Shown: positions 10,245 through 19,258 of the stretch, in pieces
Layout of the letters: the number at the start of each line of letters is the position of its first letter
Numbering within the stretch: position 1 is the first letter of the stretch
Assembly: GCA_002479415.1 (NCBI GenBank)
Contig: DLMZ01000047.1
Span: 2,984-66,983, forward strand
Direction of reading: 5' to 3'
Length of the DNA: 64,000 bases
From: Firmicutes bacterium UBA7523
GTDB taxonomy: Bacteria > Bacillota > Dethiobacteria > Dethiobacterales > Dethiobacteraceae
Position numbers and translations under genes: made by a program
Notes under the pieces: generated by a model
What the model saw: the letters and a program-made list of their open reading frames with translations, nothing else
Databases searched by the model: none
Told to the model about the DNA's origin: nothing

Positions 10245-10517
10245 ATGAACGGCTCCTTTGACCAAACGATGAAATTTAAAAGGAAAATGGAAGATGAGGT
10301 ATATGAGGCTAAAGATGTTTTTGCCGTAGTTTATGATGCTCTCAAGGATAAGGGCTACAACCCCATCAACCAAATCGTTGGTTATCTGTTGTCCGGGGAT
10401 CCGGCTTATATTACCAGCCATAAAAACGCCCGTGTATTGATACGCAAACTGGAAAGAGATGAGTTATTGGAAGAACTGGTGGGCAGTTATCTTCACCAGC
10501 TTGACAGTAAGGATTAA
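10245..10517 (+). CDS. ireB: IreB family regulatory phosphoprotein (UPF0297/DUF965)
   Basis: [39 protein letters not shown] is near-identical to the B. subtilis YrzL pattern. Confidence 0.85.
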   Translation: MNGSFDQTMKFKRKMEDEVYEAKDVFAVVYDALKDKGYNPINQIVGYLLSGDPAYITSHKNARVLIRKLERDELLEELVGSYLHQLDSKD

Positions 10518-10535
10518 AGACTCGGAGGCGTTGCT

Positions 10536-10958
10536 ATGCGTATTCTTGGCCTTGATGTAGGGGATAAAACTATCGGGGTAGCCGTTAGCGATGAGCTGGG
10601 CTGGACAGCTCAAGGCTTAGAAGTAATTCGGCGCAGCGAGTGGGAAAATGACTTGGAGCGATTACGGGAACTGGTTGTTCAATGGGAGGTAGGTTCAGTC
10701 GTTGTGGGCTATCCAAAGAACATGAATAACACTGTTGGCCCGCGGGCTCAAATAGCAGCTGAATTTGCTGATAAGTTGTCTCAATGCTTGGCGTTGCCGG
10801 TTAAATTATGGGATGAGCGCTTAACGACTATGGAAGCTGAGCGGATGTTAATATCCGCAGATGTAAGTCGCTCTAAAAGGCGTAAAGTTATTGATAAAAT
10901 GGCGGCAGTGCTGATTTTGCAAAATTATCTGCAATCAAACCCTATTAACGCCAAATAG
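10536..10958 (+). CDS. ruvX: Holliday junction resolvase-like nuclease RuvX (YqgF)
   Basis: [19 protein letters not shown]-terminus, WDERLTT, D..AA..ILQ.YL. Confidence 0.9.
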   Translation: MRILGLDVGDKTIGVAVSDELGWTAQGLEVIRRSEWENDLERLRELVVQWEVGSVVVGYPKNMNNTVGPRAQIAAEFADKLSQCLALPVKLWDERLTTMEAERMLISADVSRSKRRKVIDKMAAVLILQNYLQSNPINAK

Positions 10959-11026
10959 GATAATATTGTGTAAAAATGTAAACAATATAGGCGTTTACTT
11001 ACATTTAAAAAGGAGTGTATAATAAA

Positions 11027-11323
11027 ATGGCAGAAATACGTGATGATTTAGTAACATTGGTGGATGAGGAAGGACAGGAACACGCTTTTATCGTTCTCGA
11101 CATTTTGACTGTTAATGACCAGGAGTACGCAATTCTTGTATCTGCGGAAGATGAAGAGGTGGATACTGAAGCAGAAGAACAAGAAGCCGTTATCTTCCGT
11201 ATTGTAGAAAATGATGATGAGCAAACACTATTAGTTGTGGAAGACGATGATGAATGGCAGGCGGTTGCTGCGGCTTGGGAAGAACAGTCTGACTATGAAG
11301 ATGAAGAGGAAGACGAGCAGTAA
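11027..11323 (+). CDS. DUF1292 family protein (YrzB-like)
   Basis: Small acidic protein in the conserved position after ruvX; ..DEEG.EH.F.VLD......EYA.L pattern. Confidence 0.8.
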   Translation: MAEIRDDLVTLVDEEGQEHAFIVLDILTVNDQEYAILVSAEDEEVDTEAEEQEAVIFRIVENDDEQTLLVVEDDDEWQAVAAAWEEQSDYEDEEEDEQ

Positions 11324-11339
11324 CTGACGGAGGGGAAAA

Positions 11340-12377
11340 ATGACAATGCGCACACCGCTACGGATATTAGGAGGAGTAACGTTCCTTTTAGCCGTAGCGT
11401 TTGGCTTATTAGCACTGCAAATTAATAGTTGGATGCAGCCTGTGGATGCTCCTGCGGCAGCTCAGGAGCCGATTATGGTTACTATTGCCCCCGGGTCAAC
11501 TTCATTGAGTATAGGGGAAGCGTTATACGACCAAGGGTTAGTTCGCCATGCGCTGGTTTTCCGTTACTATGCAAAGTACCGCAAACTGGACCAGAGCTTA
11601 AAAGCCGGGAATTACTTGCTTGAATACGGCATGAGCATTGATGAAATCCTTGCAGAATTGGCTGCGGGCAATGTTCATCGGCCCACAGTGAGTGTTACTA
11701 TTCCCGAAGGGTTTACGCTGGAGCAGATTGCACAGCGACTATCACAACGGGGATTAGCCGACTATGATGAATTTATGGACTTGGCTATATCCACTGTTCC
11801 TGTGTTGGGGCAAAGCACTCCCGGTATGCGCTACGCTTTGGAAGGCTATCTTTATCCCGACACTTATACGTTTGATGAAGGTGTCACAGCAGAAACTATT
11901 TTACGTAGAATGCAGGACAGGCTCAATGATATTTATACCCAGGAAATGAGAGAGCGGACTGAGGAACTGGGGTTAACAACTCATGAAGTGGTGACGCTGG
12001 CTTCCCTGGTGGAGCGTGAAGTGCAGGTGCCTGACGAGAGGGAGCTGGTTGCCAGTGTGCTGCACAATCGTTTGAGAGTTAAAATGCCGCTGCAGATTTG
12101 TGCTACGGTTATATATGCCTTAGGTGAACATAAAACTACCGTAACGCTTAAGGATTTAGAAGTGGATTCTCCTTATAACACTTATAAAATAAGAGGAATT
12201 CCCCCCGGACCCATTGCTTCACCCGGCCTAAAATCGCTGACGGCTGTACTTTATCCGGCTAAAACAGATTATTATTATTATTCTGTCAAGGATGATGGCA
12301 CTGGAGGGCATTACTTCGGAAGAACACTAGCAGAACACGAGGCTAATATTGCAAAAGCCAGGAGAAATAAAAAGTGA
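11340..12377 (+). CDS. mltG: Endolytic murein transglycosylase MltG (YceG-like)
   Basis: N-terminal TM, G.Y.L...MS..EIL..L..G, TLASLVE.E, SPYNTY...G.PPGPI..PG. Confidence 0.9.
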   Translation: MTMRTPLRILGGVTFLLAVAFGLLALQINSWMQPVDAPAAAQEPIMVTIAPGSTSLSIGEALYDQGLVRHALVFRYYAKYRKLDQSLKAGNYLLEYGMSIDEILAELAAGNVHRPTVSVTIPEGFTLEQIAQRLSQRGLADYDEFMDLAISTVPVLGQSTPGMRYALEGYLYPDTYTFDEGVTAETILRRMQDRLNDIYTQEMRERTEELGLTTHEVVTLASLVEREVQVPDERELVASVLHNRLRVKMPLQICATVIYALGEHKTTVTLKDLEVDSPYNTYKIRGIPPGPIASPGLKSLTAVLYPAKTDYYYYSVKDDGTGGHYFGRTLAEHEANIAKARRNKK

Positions 12378-13606
12378 ACAAAGCTAAGAGTCCTGAGATA
12401 CTGGCTCCGGCCGGGGATTTGGAAAAACTGAAAATGGCCGTAATTTATGGTGCGGATGCTGTCTACCTTGCCGGGAAAATGTACGGTATGCGAGCTTTTG
12501 CGGGAAACTTTAGCGAGGAGGAGCTTCGTGAAGGGATAGAGTTTGCTCATGCTCATGCGGCTAAAGTATATGTTACCGTCAATATATTTGCCGGCAACGA
12601 TGACCTTCGTGCCATGCCAGCCTACTTAGCATCCTTGGCAGATGTCGGAGCGGACGCCCTGATTATTGCTGATCCGGGTGTTTTTGCCTTGGCAGGAGAG
12701 GTTGTTCCCCATATACCACGCCATATTAGTACTCAAGCGAACACCACCAATTGGCGTGCCGCTCGGTTTTGGCAAGAACATGGGGCATCCCGTGTTGTTT
12801 TGTCCAGGGAACTGTCCATGGAAGCCATACAAGAGATACGCGCTAAAACATCTGTGGAGCTGGAACTTTTTATTCATGGAGCTATGTGCTGGGCTTATTC
12901 CGGCAGGTGTTACCTGAGTCAATATATGGAGGGGCGCAGTGCCAACCGGGGCGAATGTGCCCAGGCCTGTCGTTGGAAGTATCACCTGATGGAAGAAAAG
13001 AGGACCGGCGAGTACCTTCCTGTAGAAGAAGACGAGCGCGGCACTTATATATTTAATGCCCGTGATTTGCGTTTAATCGATTATATTCCCAAGCTGACAG
13101 ATTTAGGCGTTGATAGCTTAAAAATTGAGGGTAGAATGAAGAGCGTTTATTATGTGGCCACAGTAACCAGAGCTTACAGAAGGGCAATGGATGCTTACCT
13201 GGCCAATCAGGATAGTTTCACCTCTGCAGCTGATTGGCATGAAGAATTGGAAAAAATCAGCCACCGACCATATTCTACCGGTTTTATTGCCCATAACCCC
13301 TCTCTTGAAGGGCAGGTTTATGATACAACAGCGCAAATGGCCAGCCACGATTTTGTCGGTGTGGTGCGTCAGTTTAATCAGGGCCGTGCAGTAGTGGAAA
13401 TGCGCAATCGCTTTGCTGAAGGGGAAACGTTGGAGATTGTAGGTCCAAAAACTCACAGCCGCCAGGTAATTATTCAAAATTTGCGTAACTCCGAAGGCAT
13501 CCCGATAAAAGAAGCTGTACGGGTGCAGGAGCATGTAAGCTTCACAGTTTCCTTTCCCGTTGAAGAATATTCATTAGTTCGCAGAAAAACAGTGTCAACC
13601 GCATAA
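12374..13606 (+). CDS. Peptidase U32 family protein
   Basis: PE.LAPAG....L..A...GADAVYL and E.F.HGAMC...SGRC.LS motifs. Same position as yrrO in Bacillus synteny. Confidence 0.85.
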   Translation: MNKAKSPEILAPAGDLEKLKMAVIYGADAVYLAGKMYGMRAFAGNFSEEELREGIEFAHAHAAKVYVTVNIFAGNDDLRAMPAYLASLADVGADALIIADPGVFALAGEVVPHIPRHISTQANTTNWRAARFWQEHGASRVVLSRELSMEAIQEIRAKTSVELELFIHGAMCWAYSGRCYLSQYMEGRSANRGECAQACRWKYHLMEEKRTGEYLPVEEDERGTYIFNARDLRLIDYIPKLTDLGVDSLKIEGRMKSVYYVATVTRAYRRAMDAYLANQDSFTSAADWHEELEKISHRPYSTGFIAHNPSLEGQVYDTTAQMASHDFVGVVRQFNQGRAVVEMRNRFAEGETLEIVGPKTHSRQVIIQNLRNSEGIPIKEAVRVQEHVSFTVSFPVEEYSLVRRKTVSTA

Positions 13607-13657
13607 AAACGCCCCCGGTGGAAAGACTATTGATTTAAGTCTCCCGGGGGTGTTTTT

Positions 13658-15328
13658 ATGCACAGAAATAATCGTCAAAAAAGAATACTTATTTTGCTGC
13701 TTTGTTTTTTGTTCGCCGGTACTGCTCTTGTCGGCAGAATCTTTATGCTGCAAATTGTTCGAGGAGAGGAATTTGCTAAAGCCGCTGTAATTCAGCGTTC
13801 ACTGCGGCATGTGTATGCTACCGGCCGTGGACAAATCCTCGACCGCAACTCTGTTTCCCTTCTTGATAGCCGCTGGGAGCCAATCCTTGTATCTTTTAAC
13901 CCAATTTTAGCAAATGATTCCCAGCAAGTGTTGGCACAGTATGAACTTCACGAAGAGAGCAATGTAAACGTCATTCGCAATGTGGACGTAATTACCTTTC
14001 GCAGGCTCCAGGAAACCCCTATTTTTGGCCTAGTGCCTCTCTATGAAGAAATTCGCTATGGCCCAAAGGCACTTGCTCCCCATATAACCGGTTATATTCA
14101 ACGCCGGGAAACAAGAAAAAGAGGCCCTAACTATGTGGAGCTGACTTACAAGCCGGCGTCCGGGCTTGAGCGTTTCTTTGATTCTTCCCTCTCTGCCGCT
14201 CGTCCGTCTGCTTTAGCCGCCATATTGGACGGCCAGGGGCGCCTAATAGAAGGCTTGGGTTTTCGAGAATGGGGAGAGGACAACTCTCGCCGCCCTTATA
14301 ACGTAGTTACCACAATCGACTGCAATATCCAGGCTGCTGTTGAGAAAGTCGGCAGAAGTGCCATGGAAAGCGGGGCCATTGTAGTTATCGAGCCGAAATC
14401 CGGTGACATTTTAGCCATGGCATCCTTTCCCGACTATGAACCCGCTAAGTTCTACCAGGGATTAAGCGCCTATGAATACAATGAACTGGACAGCAACCCT
14501 TACAAGCCTTTTCTTAATAAGGCTGTGCAAAAATATTCTCCAGGCTCTGTATTTAAGGTTATTTTAGCTACCGCAGCTCTGGAAAGAAATTTTGACCAAA
14601 GAGAAGCTTACATATGCACAGGAAATATTAATGTGGGCGACCGCAGCATTTCCTGCTATCAAGGGCGTGTTCATGGTGAAGTTGATTTAAAGCAGGCGCT
14701 AGCGGTTTCCTGCAATGCCTATTTTATTCAGCTTGGCCAACGTTTGGGTTGGGAAACAGTTGCCGAAACGGCCCGGAGCTTTTCACTGGGACGCGCCAGC
14801 GAGCTTCCTCTGAGCATAGAGTCCTCCGGATATATCCCCGATGCCCAGGAGCTTTCCTCGTTAGGAGATTTGGCAAATGCTTCAATTGGTCAGGGAGTTG
14901 TTGAGACAACACCGTTGCAAATAGCAAGAATGATGGCTGTAATTGCCAACCAGGGGCGAGATATTTATCCTCGGCTAGTCTTAGAAATCACAGACAATAA
15001 CGGCGATACCGTGCGCCGATATCCGGTGCAGTACGGTTCCCTAGTTATAACTCCTGCCACAGCCCGTTTATTAACTTCTATGATGGAGGAAGTGGTGAAA
15101 TCAGGTACGGCTAAGGAAGCAGGGAGCTCACTTTATACAGCGGCAGGCAAATCGGGAACTGCTCAAACAGGGCGTGAAGGTGAGAGCTATTATTGGTTTG
15201 CCGGCTTTGCTCCAAGAGAAAATCCCCTGGTTATAGCTGTTTTTATAGATAGCCGCCGCGGTTTATCTGCTCCTGCCGTTTTCCGCCAAGTCACGGAGGC
15301 CATACTGCCCCTAAGGCAATCCCCATAA
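13658..15328 (+). CDS. Class B penicillin-binding protein (FtsI/SpoVD-type transpeptidase)
   Basis: N-terminal TM, dimerisation domain, active-site SPGSVFK, SCN and KSGTAQ boxes. Confidence 0.85.
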   Translation: MHRNNRQKRILILLLCFLFAGTALVGRIFMLQIVRGEEFAKAAVIQRSLRHVYATGRGQILDRNSVSLLDSRWEPILVSFNPILANDSQQVLAQYELHEESNVNVIRNVDVITFRRLQETPIFGLVPLYEEIRYGPKALAPHITGYIQRRETRKRGPNYVELTYKPASGLERFFDSSLSAARPSALAAILDGQGRLIEGLGFREWGEDNSRRPYNVVTTIDCNIQAAVEKVGRSAMESGAIVVIEPKSGDILAMASFPDYEPAKFYQGLSAYEYNELDSNPYKPFLNKAVQKYSPGSVFKVILATAALERNFDQREAYICTGNINVGDRSISCYQGRVHGEVDLKQALAVSCNAYFIQLGQRLGWETVAETARSFSLGRASELPLSIESSGYIPDAQELSSLGDLANASIGQGVVETTPLQIARMMAVIANQGRDIYPRLVLEITDNNGDTVRRYPVQYGSLVITPATARLLTSMMEEVVKSGTAKEAGSSLYTAAGKSGTAQTGREGESYYWFAGFAPRENPLVIAVFIDSRRGLSAPAVFRQVTEAILPLRQSP

Positions 15329-15338
15329 AAAACCAGTA

Positions 15339-15366
15339 ACAAACATCTATATTCCCACATATCATA
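15339..15366 (+). promoter_or_regulatory. Candidate mother-cell (sigma-E/sigma-K type) promoter of sigK
   Basis: AC (15339-15340), a 17-nt spacer, then CATATCATA (15358-15366) fits AC-N17-CATA-NNN-TA. It lies 25 nt upstream of the sigK start. Confidence 0.3.
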
Positions 15367-15390
15367 TAAAGGACATAAATATGCGGGAGG

Positions 15391-15852
15391 TTGATGCTTT
15401 TGTTTCCTGTTATTGCCGCTGTGGCGGCCATAGTAAAGGAAATTGTGCTGCTTGTATCTTACTTAAATAACAATTCTTTTCCCCAGCCCTTATCTCCCCG
15501 AGAAGAGAAGAGACACCTGGATTTAATGTTTCAGGGTGACCCCTATGCCCGCAGTATACTGATTGAGCATAATCTCCGTTTAGTTGCCCATGTAATAAAA
15601 AAGTTTGAAAATACAGGAGATGACCAGGAGGACCTCATCTCCATCGGCACAGTCGGCTTGATAAAAGCTATTGATTCTTTTAGAAACGATAAAGGTACTC
15701 GATTGGCAACCTATGCTGCCCGTTGCATTGAAAATGAAATTTTGATGCATATACGAGCCAATGCTAAACGAAAAGCAGAAGTTCTTTTGCACGACCCAAT
15801 AGGCAATGATAAGGATGGAAATGAGTTTACGCTATGTTTATATCTGTACTAG
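15391..15852 (+). CDS. sigK: Pro-sigma-K, N-terminal segment only (spoIVCB-like), interrupted by the prophage
   Basis: The pro-sequence plus regions 1.2-2.4 match sigma-K ([75 protein letters not shown]). The frame then ends after a few unrelated codons, and regions 3-4 are missing. Confidence 0.85.
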   Translation: MMLLFPVIAAVAAIVKEIVLLVSYLNNNSFPQPLSPREEKRHLDLMFQGDPYARSILIEHNLRLVAHVIKKFENTGDDQEDLISIGTVGLIKAIDSFRNDKGTRLATYAARCIENEILMHIRANAKRKAEVLLHDPIGNDKDGNEFTLCLYLY

Positions 15853-17384
15853 TCTAGCTTCGGCAGTATATCTAGCTCGAAGTCATCTCCAACTTGATGC
15901 TTTTCTTTGAGATAGACGGCACGCTCCACTACAGATTTGAGGAGCGTGTTTTTCTTTTGGATATCGGATGTGAGCGGGTATACCTTCAGTACATGCTCCA
16001 CGGTGGGGATAATGTCGAGTTGAGCCTTAGATCTCTTGATTTCCGCCAGGAGAGAGGCTTTGGCAGTCTCTATACCTACCTTGGCGTCTTCGATGCGCTC
16101 AGCGAGACTCTGTGACCTCTCAAGATATGTTTCCTCATCATATATGCCGCGCTCAAGGAAGTCATGCAGTTTTTCTTTCTGCTTTTCCAGCTCGGCCAAC
16201 TCTCGGGCTAATGATTCTTTAGCAGCTTCGCGCAACTTCACGGCATCTGTCGAAGGGGTTGGCTTCTTGTTACGCCTGCCCCACTGGGCCTTATATGTCG
16301 ATAGCCACTCCTCGAGAACAGTCAGCAGTCGCTGCTCCACAAGCTCAAATTTAGACCCTTTGTTGTTACACATGCGATTTTGGCAAATCATATGCGGTTT
16401 CTGCTTAGCGTACGGTCGGCGCACCATCATCATGCCGCACTTATCACACACGATTAGGCCAGCCAAAGGGTTAGACAATGCACCGTTAATAAAATACGGA
16501 GGGTGGGTTCTAGTTTCAAGTATTTTCTGCGCTTTTTGAAAATCTTCTTTACTGACTAATGCTTCGTGCTTGCCCTCGACTTCAATCCATTCATCCTGCG
16601 GCCTGGTCCGGGTGTCCTTGCGCTTGCCAGGCTCTTTAGATTTTTTGCATTCTTTTTTTTGCCACTGAATAACTCCGGAGTAGACTGCATTCTTGATTAC
16701 ATTCTGGACAGCAGCCTGTGACCAAGGTATACCGGTATAAGAGAGCAGACCCATCTTGTTCAGCTCATTAGCTATTTTTGCACATCCCAGATTGTCGTTG
16801 ATGTACCGTGAAAATATTAGCTTTACGACCGGCGCTTGCTCCTCGTTCGGAATTAGTGTTCTGTGACCGTCAATTTTGGCTATATCGTAGCCGTAAGGAG
16901 GACGGGGGGGCAAGTATCTCCCCTGCTCAACAGAGGCAATACGGCCACGCTGGAGCCTCCTCGTGATGAGCTTTAGCTCCCGCCGGGCCATGAAGGTTTC
17001 AAACTCTGAGTACTCTTCATCAAATTCGTCTGAAAGATCATAGGTTTTGCGCGGAGTGATTATTTTTGTTTTGGACTGCTGGAACGCTTCTAGGATGATG
17101 CCTTGTTCGCGCATACCGCCGCGGCCAAGCCTGTCCAGGTCCATACAAAGCACAGCGTCATAAGAACCGGCTTCAATCTCCTTGAGCAGCTCAAGCATCT
17201 CCGGCCGGTGAAGGATTGATTCTCCGGAGACTATCTCTTCGTAGATTTTAATTATGTTGAGATTTTTTTCTTTGGCCACTTGAAGCAGGGCGCGCTTGTG
17301 CTTCGCCAGGGTTTCGCCTTCGCCATGGGCTTCGGCTTCGATGTCTTGGCGGGATTTTCGCAGGTAGATTGCTACACGTTCCAT
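15849..17384 (-). CDS. Large serine recombinase (SpoIVCA-like integrase/excisionase)
   Basis: ATG at 17384 follows GAGGTGA. N-terminal resolvase domain ([11 protein letters not shown] with catalytic Ser, LDRLGR), recombinase domain, Cys-rich zinc ribbon (C.KCG....C.NRMC), coiled-coil C-terminus. Confidence 0.9.
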   Translation of the reverse strand: MERVAIYLRKSRQDIEAEAHGEGETLAKHKRALLQVAKEKNLNIIKIYEEIVSGESILHRPEMLELLKEIEAGSYDAVLCMDLDRLGRGGMREQGIILEAFQQSKTKIITPRKTYDLSDEFDEEYSEFETFMARRELKLITRRLQRGRIASVEQGRYLPPRPPYGYDIAKIDGHRTLIPNEEQAPVVKLIFSRYINDNLGCAKIANELNKMGLLSYTGIPWSQAAVQNVIKNAVYSGVIQWQKKECKKSKEPGKRKDTRTRPQDEWIEVEGKHEALVSKEDFQKAQKILETRTHPPYFINGALSNPLAGLIVCDKCGMMMVRRPYAKQKPHMICQNRMCNNKGSKFELVEQRLLTVLEEWLSTYKAQWGRRNKKPTPSTDAVKLREAAKESLARELAELEKQKEKLHDFLERGIYDEETYLERSQSLAERIEDAKVGIETAKASLLAEIKRSKAQLDIIPTVEHVLKVYPLTSDIQKKNTLLKSVVERAVYLKEKHQVGDDFELDILPKLD

Positions 17385-17419
17385 GCTTATCACCTCGGCT
17401 TAGATATATCATAGGTGGT

Positions 17420-17448
17420 GGAAAAAGAAAAGCCTCAGTTAAGAGGCT
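17420..17448 (-). terminator. Rho-independent terminator of the lysogeny operon
   Basis: On the minus strand: AGCCTC-TTAACT-GAGGCT followed by TTTTCTTTTTCC. Confidence 0.55.
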
Positions 17449-17492
17449 ACACACAGTTGGCGGCTTATAAACCTTTCTCAGCCAAGAATAAT

Positions 17493-17903
17493 CTATGATC
17501 TCTCAATCCCATTACATACAAACGCAAAATTTTCTTTGTATTCATCAAATTTCCTCTTATCATAAATGCCTTTGGCATTGCACGTTGGACACAAATATGT
17601 CCCTTCATCTTCGCTTATATGTACTTGTATTGTCTTGCTATTTGCATCCCAACATGCTGAGCAATACATAATACCTTCTTCGTCATCTTTTAATGTTAAA
17701 TATCCACCACTTTTATGCCTAGTGATTTTTGAAGAAATATCTCCCTTGAGCTTAAGTGTCCTGATCTCTTCTTTAAGTTGAATAATCTCGTTTTGCATCT
17801 CTAGTGCTTGTGCGCTTAAATCTATTAATTTTTTATATACATCAATATTGTCTATTTTTTGGAGAACTTGAGCAACGTCTTTTATGCCTTCATAAAGACT
17901 CAT
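17493..17903 (-). CDS. Hypothetical coiled-coil / zinc-ribbon protein
   Basis: The N-terminal half is coiled-coil-like. The C-terminal half has CSAC..19 aa..CPTC. No family recognised. Confidence 0.5.
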   Translation of the reverse strand: MSLYEGIKDVAQVLQKIDNIDVYKKLIDLSAQALEMQNEIIQLKEEIRTLKLKGDISSKITRHKSGGYLTLKDDEEGIMYCSACWDANSKTIQVHISEDEGTYLCPTCNAKGIYDKRKFDEYKENFAFVCNGIERS

Positions 17904-17932
17904 AATCACACTACCTTTCATATATTGTTTTT

Positions 17933-18018
17933 AGGAGGGAAGGGGATTCGAACCCCTGAGGCGTTTTCGCCTTACCGATTTTTAAGATCGGCGCCTTAAG
18001 CCACTCGGCCACCCCTCC
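17933..18018 (-). tRNA. tRNA-Leu (anticodon UAA), class II with long variable arm
   Basis: Hand-folded cloverleaf: acceptor GGAGGGG/TCCCTCC, D arm GCC-GAGTGGCTTAA-GGC, anticodon stem CCGAT/ATCGG with loop CTTAAAA, variable stem GGCG/CGCC, T arm AGGGG-TTCGAAT-CCCCT. No encoded CCA. Confidence 0.9.
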
Positions 18019-18236
18019 CCAAACTCGAAACCAAATGTAATGCCAACCAAAACATGCCCCAGTCAACATCGCCCCAATCACAATCAGCCCCACCGCTATA
18101 GCAGTAATCTCCCATAGCGACTTGAGCAGCTCAATTGCCCAGGCGGAAACGCTGACCCGGTAAAAGAATAGGGTTATGCCAGATATTAAAATAGAGAGGG
18201 AGAAAAGTAGGTGGTGGTCATTTAGTCAGTCCTTGT

Positions 18237-18593
18237 TTAGCTAGCCGAGGGCTCAGATTTCTTAGAAAGCTCTTTTTGTCCTGCCATAGCAAAAATGCCG
18301 CCTAGCAATAGAAGAATAAATGCAATTAAGTATGCAGCAGAGATCATGATTAATCCAACAATCGAGCTGAAAATCATAAGTATCCCGGCAAGCTTTGGTT
18401 TAGCAATTGCCAATGCGCCACCTACTAGCCCTATTAACGCAACAGGGATGGAAACTAATCCAAGATTAGTAACAGTTGTTGCACCTTCAGCTTGTAAAGC
18501 TTCCCCAATTCCACCAAACGCTGTTGCCGCTAATCCTCCAAAAATTCCTGCGATACCGCCAATTATACCAAGAATTAAAGCTGCTATTCTCAT
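18237..18593 (-). CDS. Small glycine-rich multi-pass membrane protein
   Basis: Start moved to MRIAALILG.. with RBS AAAGGGG. About 118 aa, four predicted hydrophobic segments. Confidence 0.6.
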   Translation of the reverse strand: MRIAALILGIIGGIAGIFGGLAATAFGGIGEALQAEGATTVTNLGLVSIPVALIGLVGGALAIAKPKLAGILMIFSSIVGLIMISAAYLIAFILLLLGGIFAMAGQKELSKKSEPSAS

Positions 18594-18627
18594 TTTTACC
18601 CCTTTCTTTATTCCGCAGTAGTTTGTT

Positions 18628-19158
18628 TTAATTAATATCGTCAACTGCGACAGTATAAATTGCCTGTCCAAAACCGAATACGCTAGGCTCAAAAATAAAC
18701 TCCCATTCCGTTTCATCGGCATCCACTTCAAATGCTACTTCTCCTGCCATTTTGCGCCCAGCAGCAAGTTCACCATCTAAACTCCCTTTTGCGCTTGTTG
18801 AAATAGTTAAGCTTTGAGAGTAGCTGTCTGAATCGTACAGCTTAAACATAAGCATGCTTGAGATTCCTTCAGACTCACTGCCTGTATTTTCTAGCGTGCA
18901 GTCAAACAGTAGCCAAGATTTACCTTCGTCCGGCGTCCAGAAGTCGTCTCCTTCGTCAAAGCGCACTCCATTAAGAGTGAATTGCAAACTGCCCATTTTT
19001 ATAGTTTCGCCAATATTAAAGGTTTCTTGAGTATTGCCTTTGGGTTTCTCGTTTTGGTTGTTAGCATTAACTCTTTCTGGTTTTGTTGTTTCTCCGCATC
19101 CCACAACAGCTAAAGCTAATACTAATGACAGCACCAACAAAAATATAATTTTTTTCAC
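18628..19158 (-). CDS. Lipoprotein, DUF4352-like
   Basis: GTG start follows GGAGGGG. Signal peptide with lipobox (LAVVGC). The mature part resembles the DUF4352 beta-sandwich pattern (..F.LNGV......W.....K.L..D..L.N.G...). Confidence 0.7.
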   Translation of the reverse strand: MKKIIFLLVLSLVLALAVVGCGETTKPERVNANNQNEKPKGNTQETFNIGETIKMGSLQFTLNGVRFDEGDDFWTPDEGKSWLLFDCTLENTGSESEGISSMLMFKLYDSDSYSQSLTISTSAKGSLDGELAAGRKMAGEVAFEVDADETEWEFIFEPSVFGFGQAIYTVAVDDIN

Positions 19159-19258
19159 AAGTTCCCCTCCAAAAAGGTTATTTGTATGTAAACCTGTCAT
19201 TTTTCTATTGACAGGGGAATAGAGAAAAGTAAAAACATTGTAGTTATTTGTCGAAACC

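Noticed and set aside
13612-13657. Hairpin CCCCCGG..25 nt..CCGGGGG plus T-run after the U32 gene, considered as a terminator
   Set aside because: The loop is large, and the 3' arm plus T-run contain the RBS and abut the start codon of the PBP gene. It is more likely an incidental or translational element, so it is not called.
17911-18093. Track ORF (60 aa, minus strand) overlapping the tRNA-Leu
   Set aside because: Its 3' half is simply the tRNA sequence read as codons, and the tRNA fold is far better supported. Only the upstream hydrophobic part is noted, as a possible remnant.
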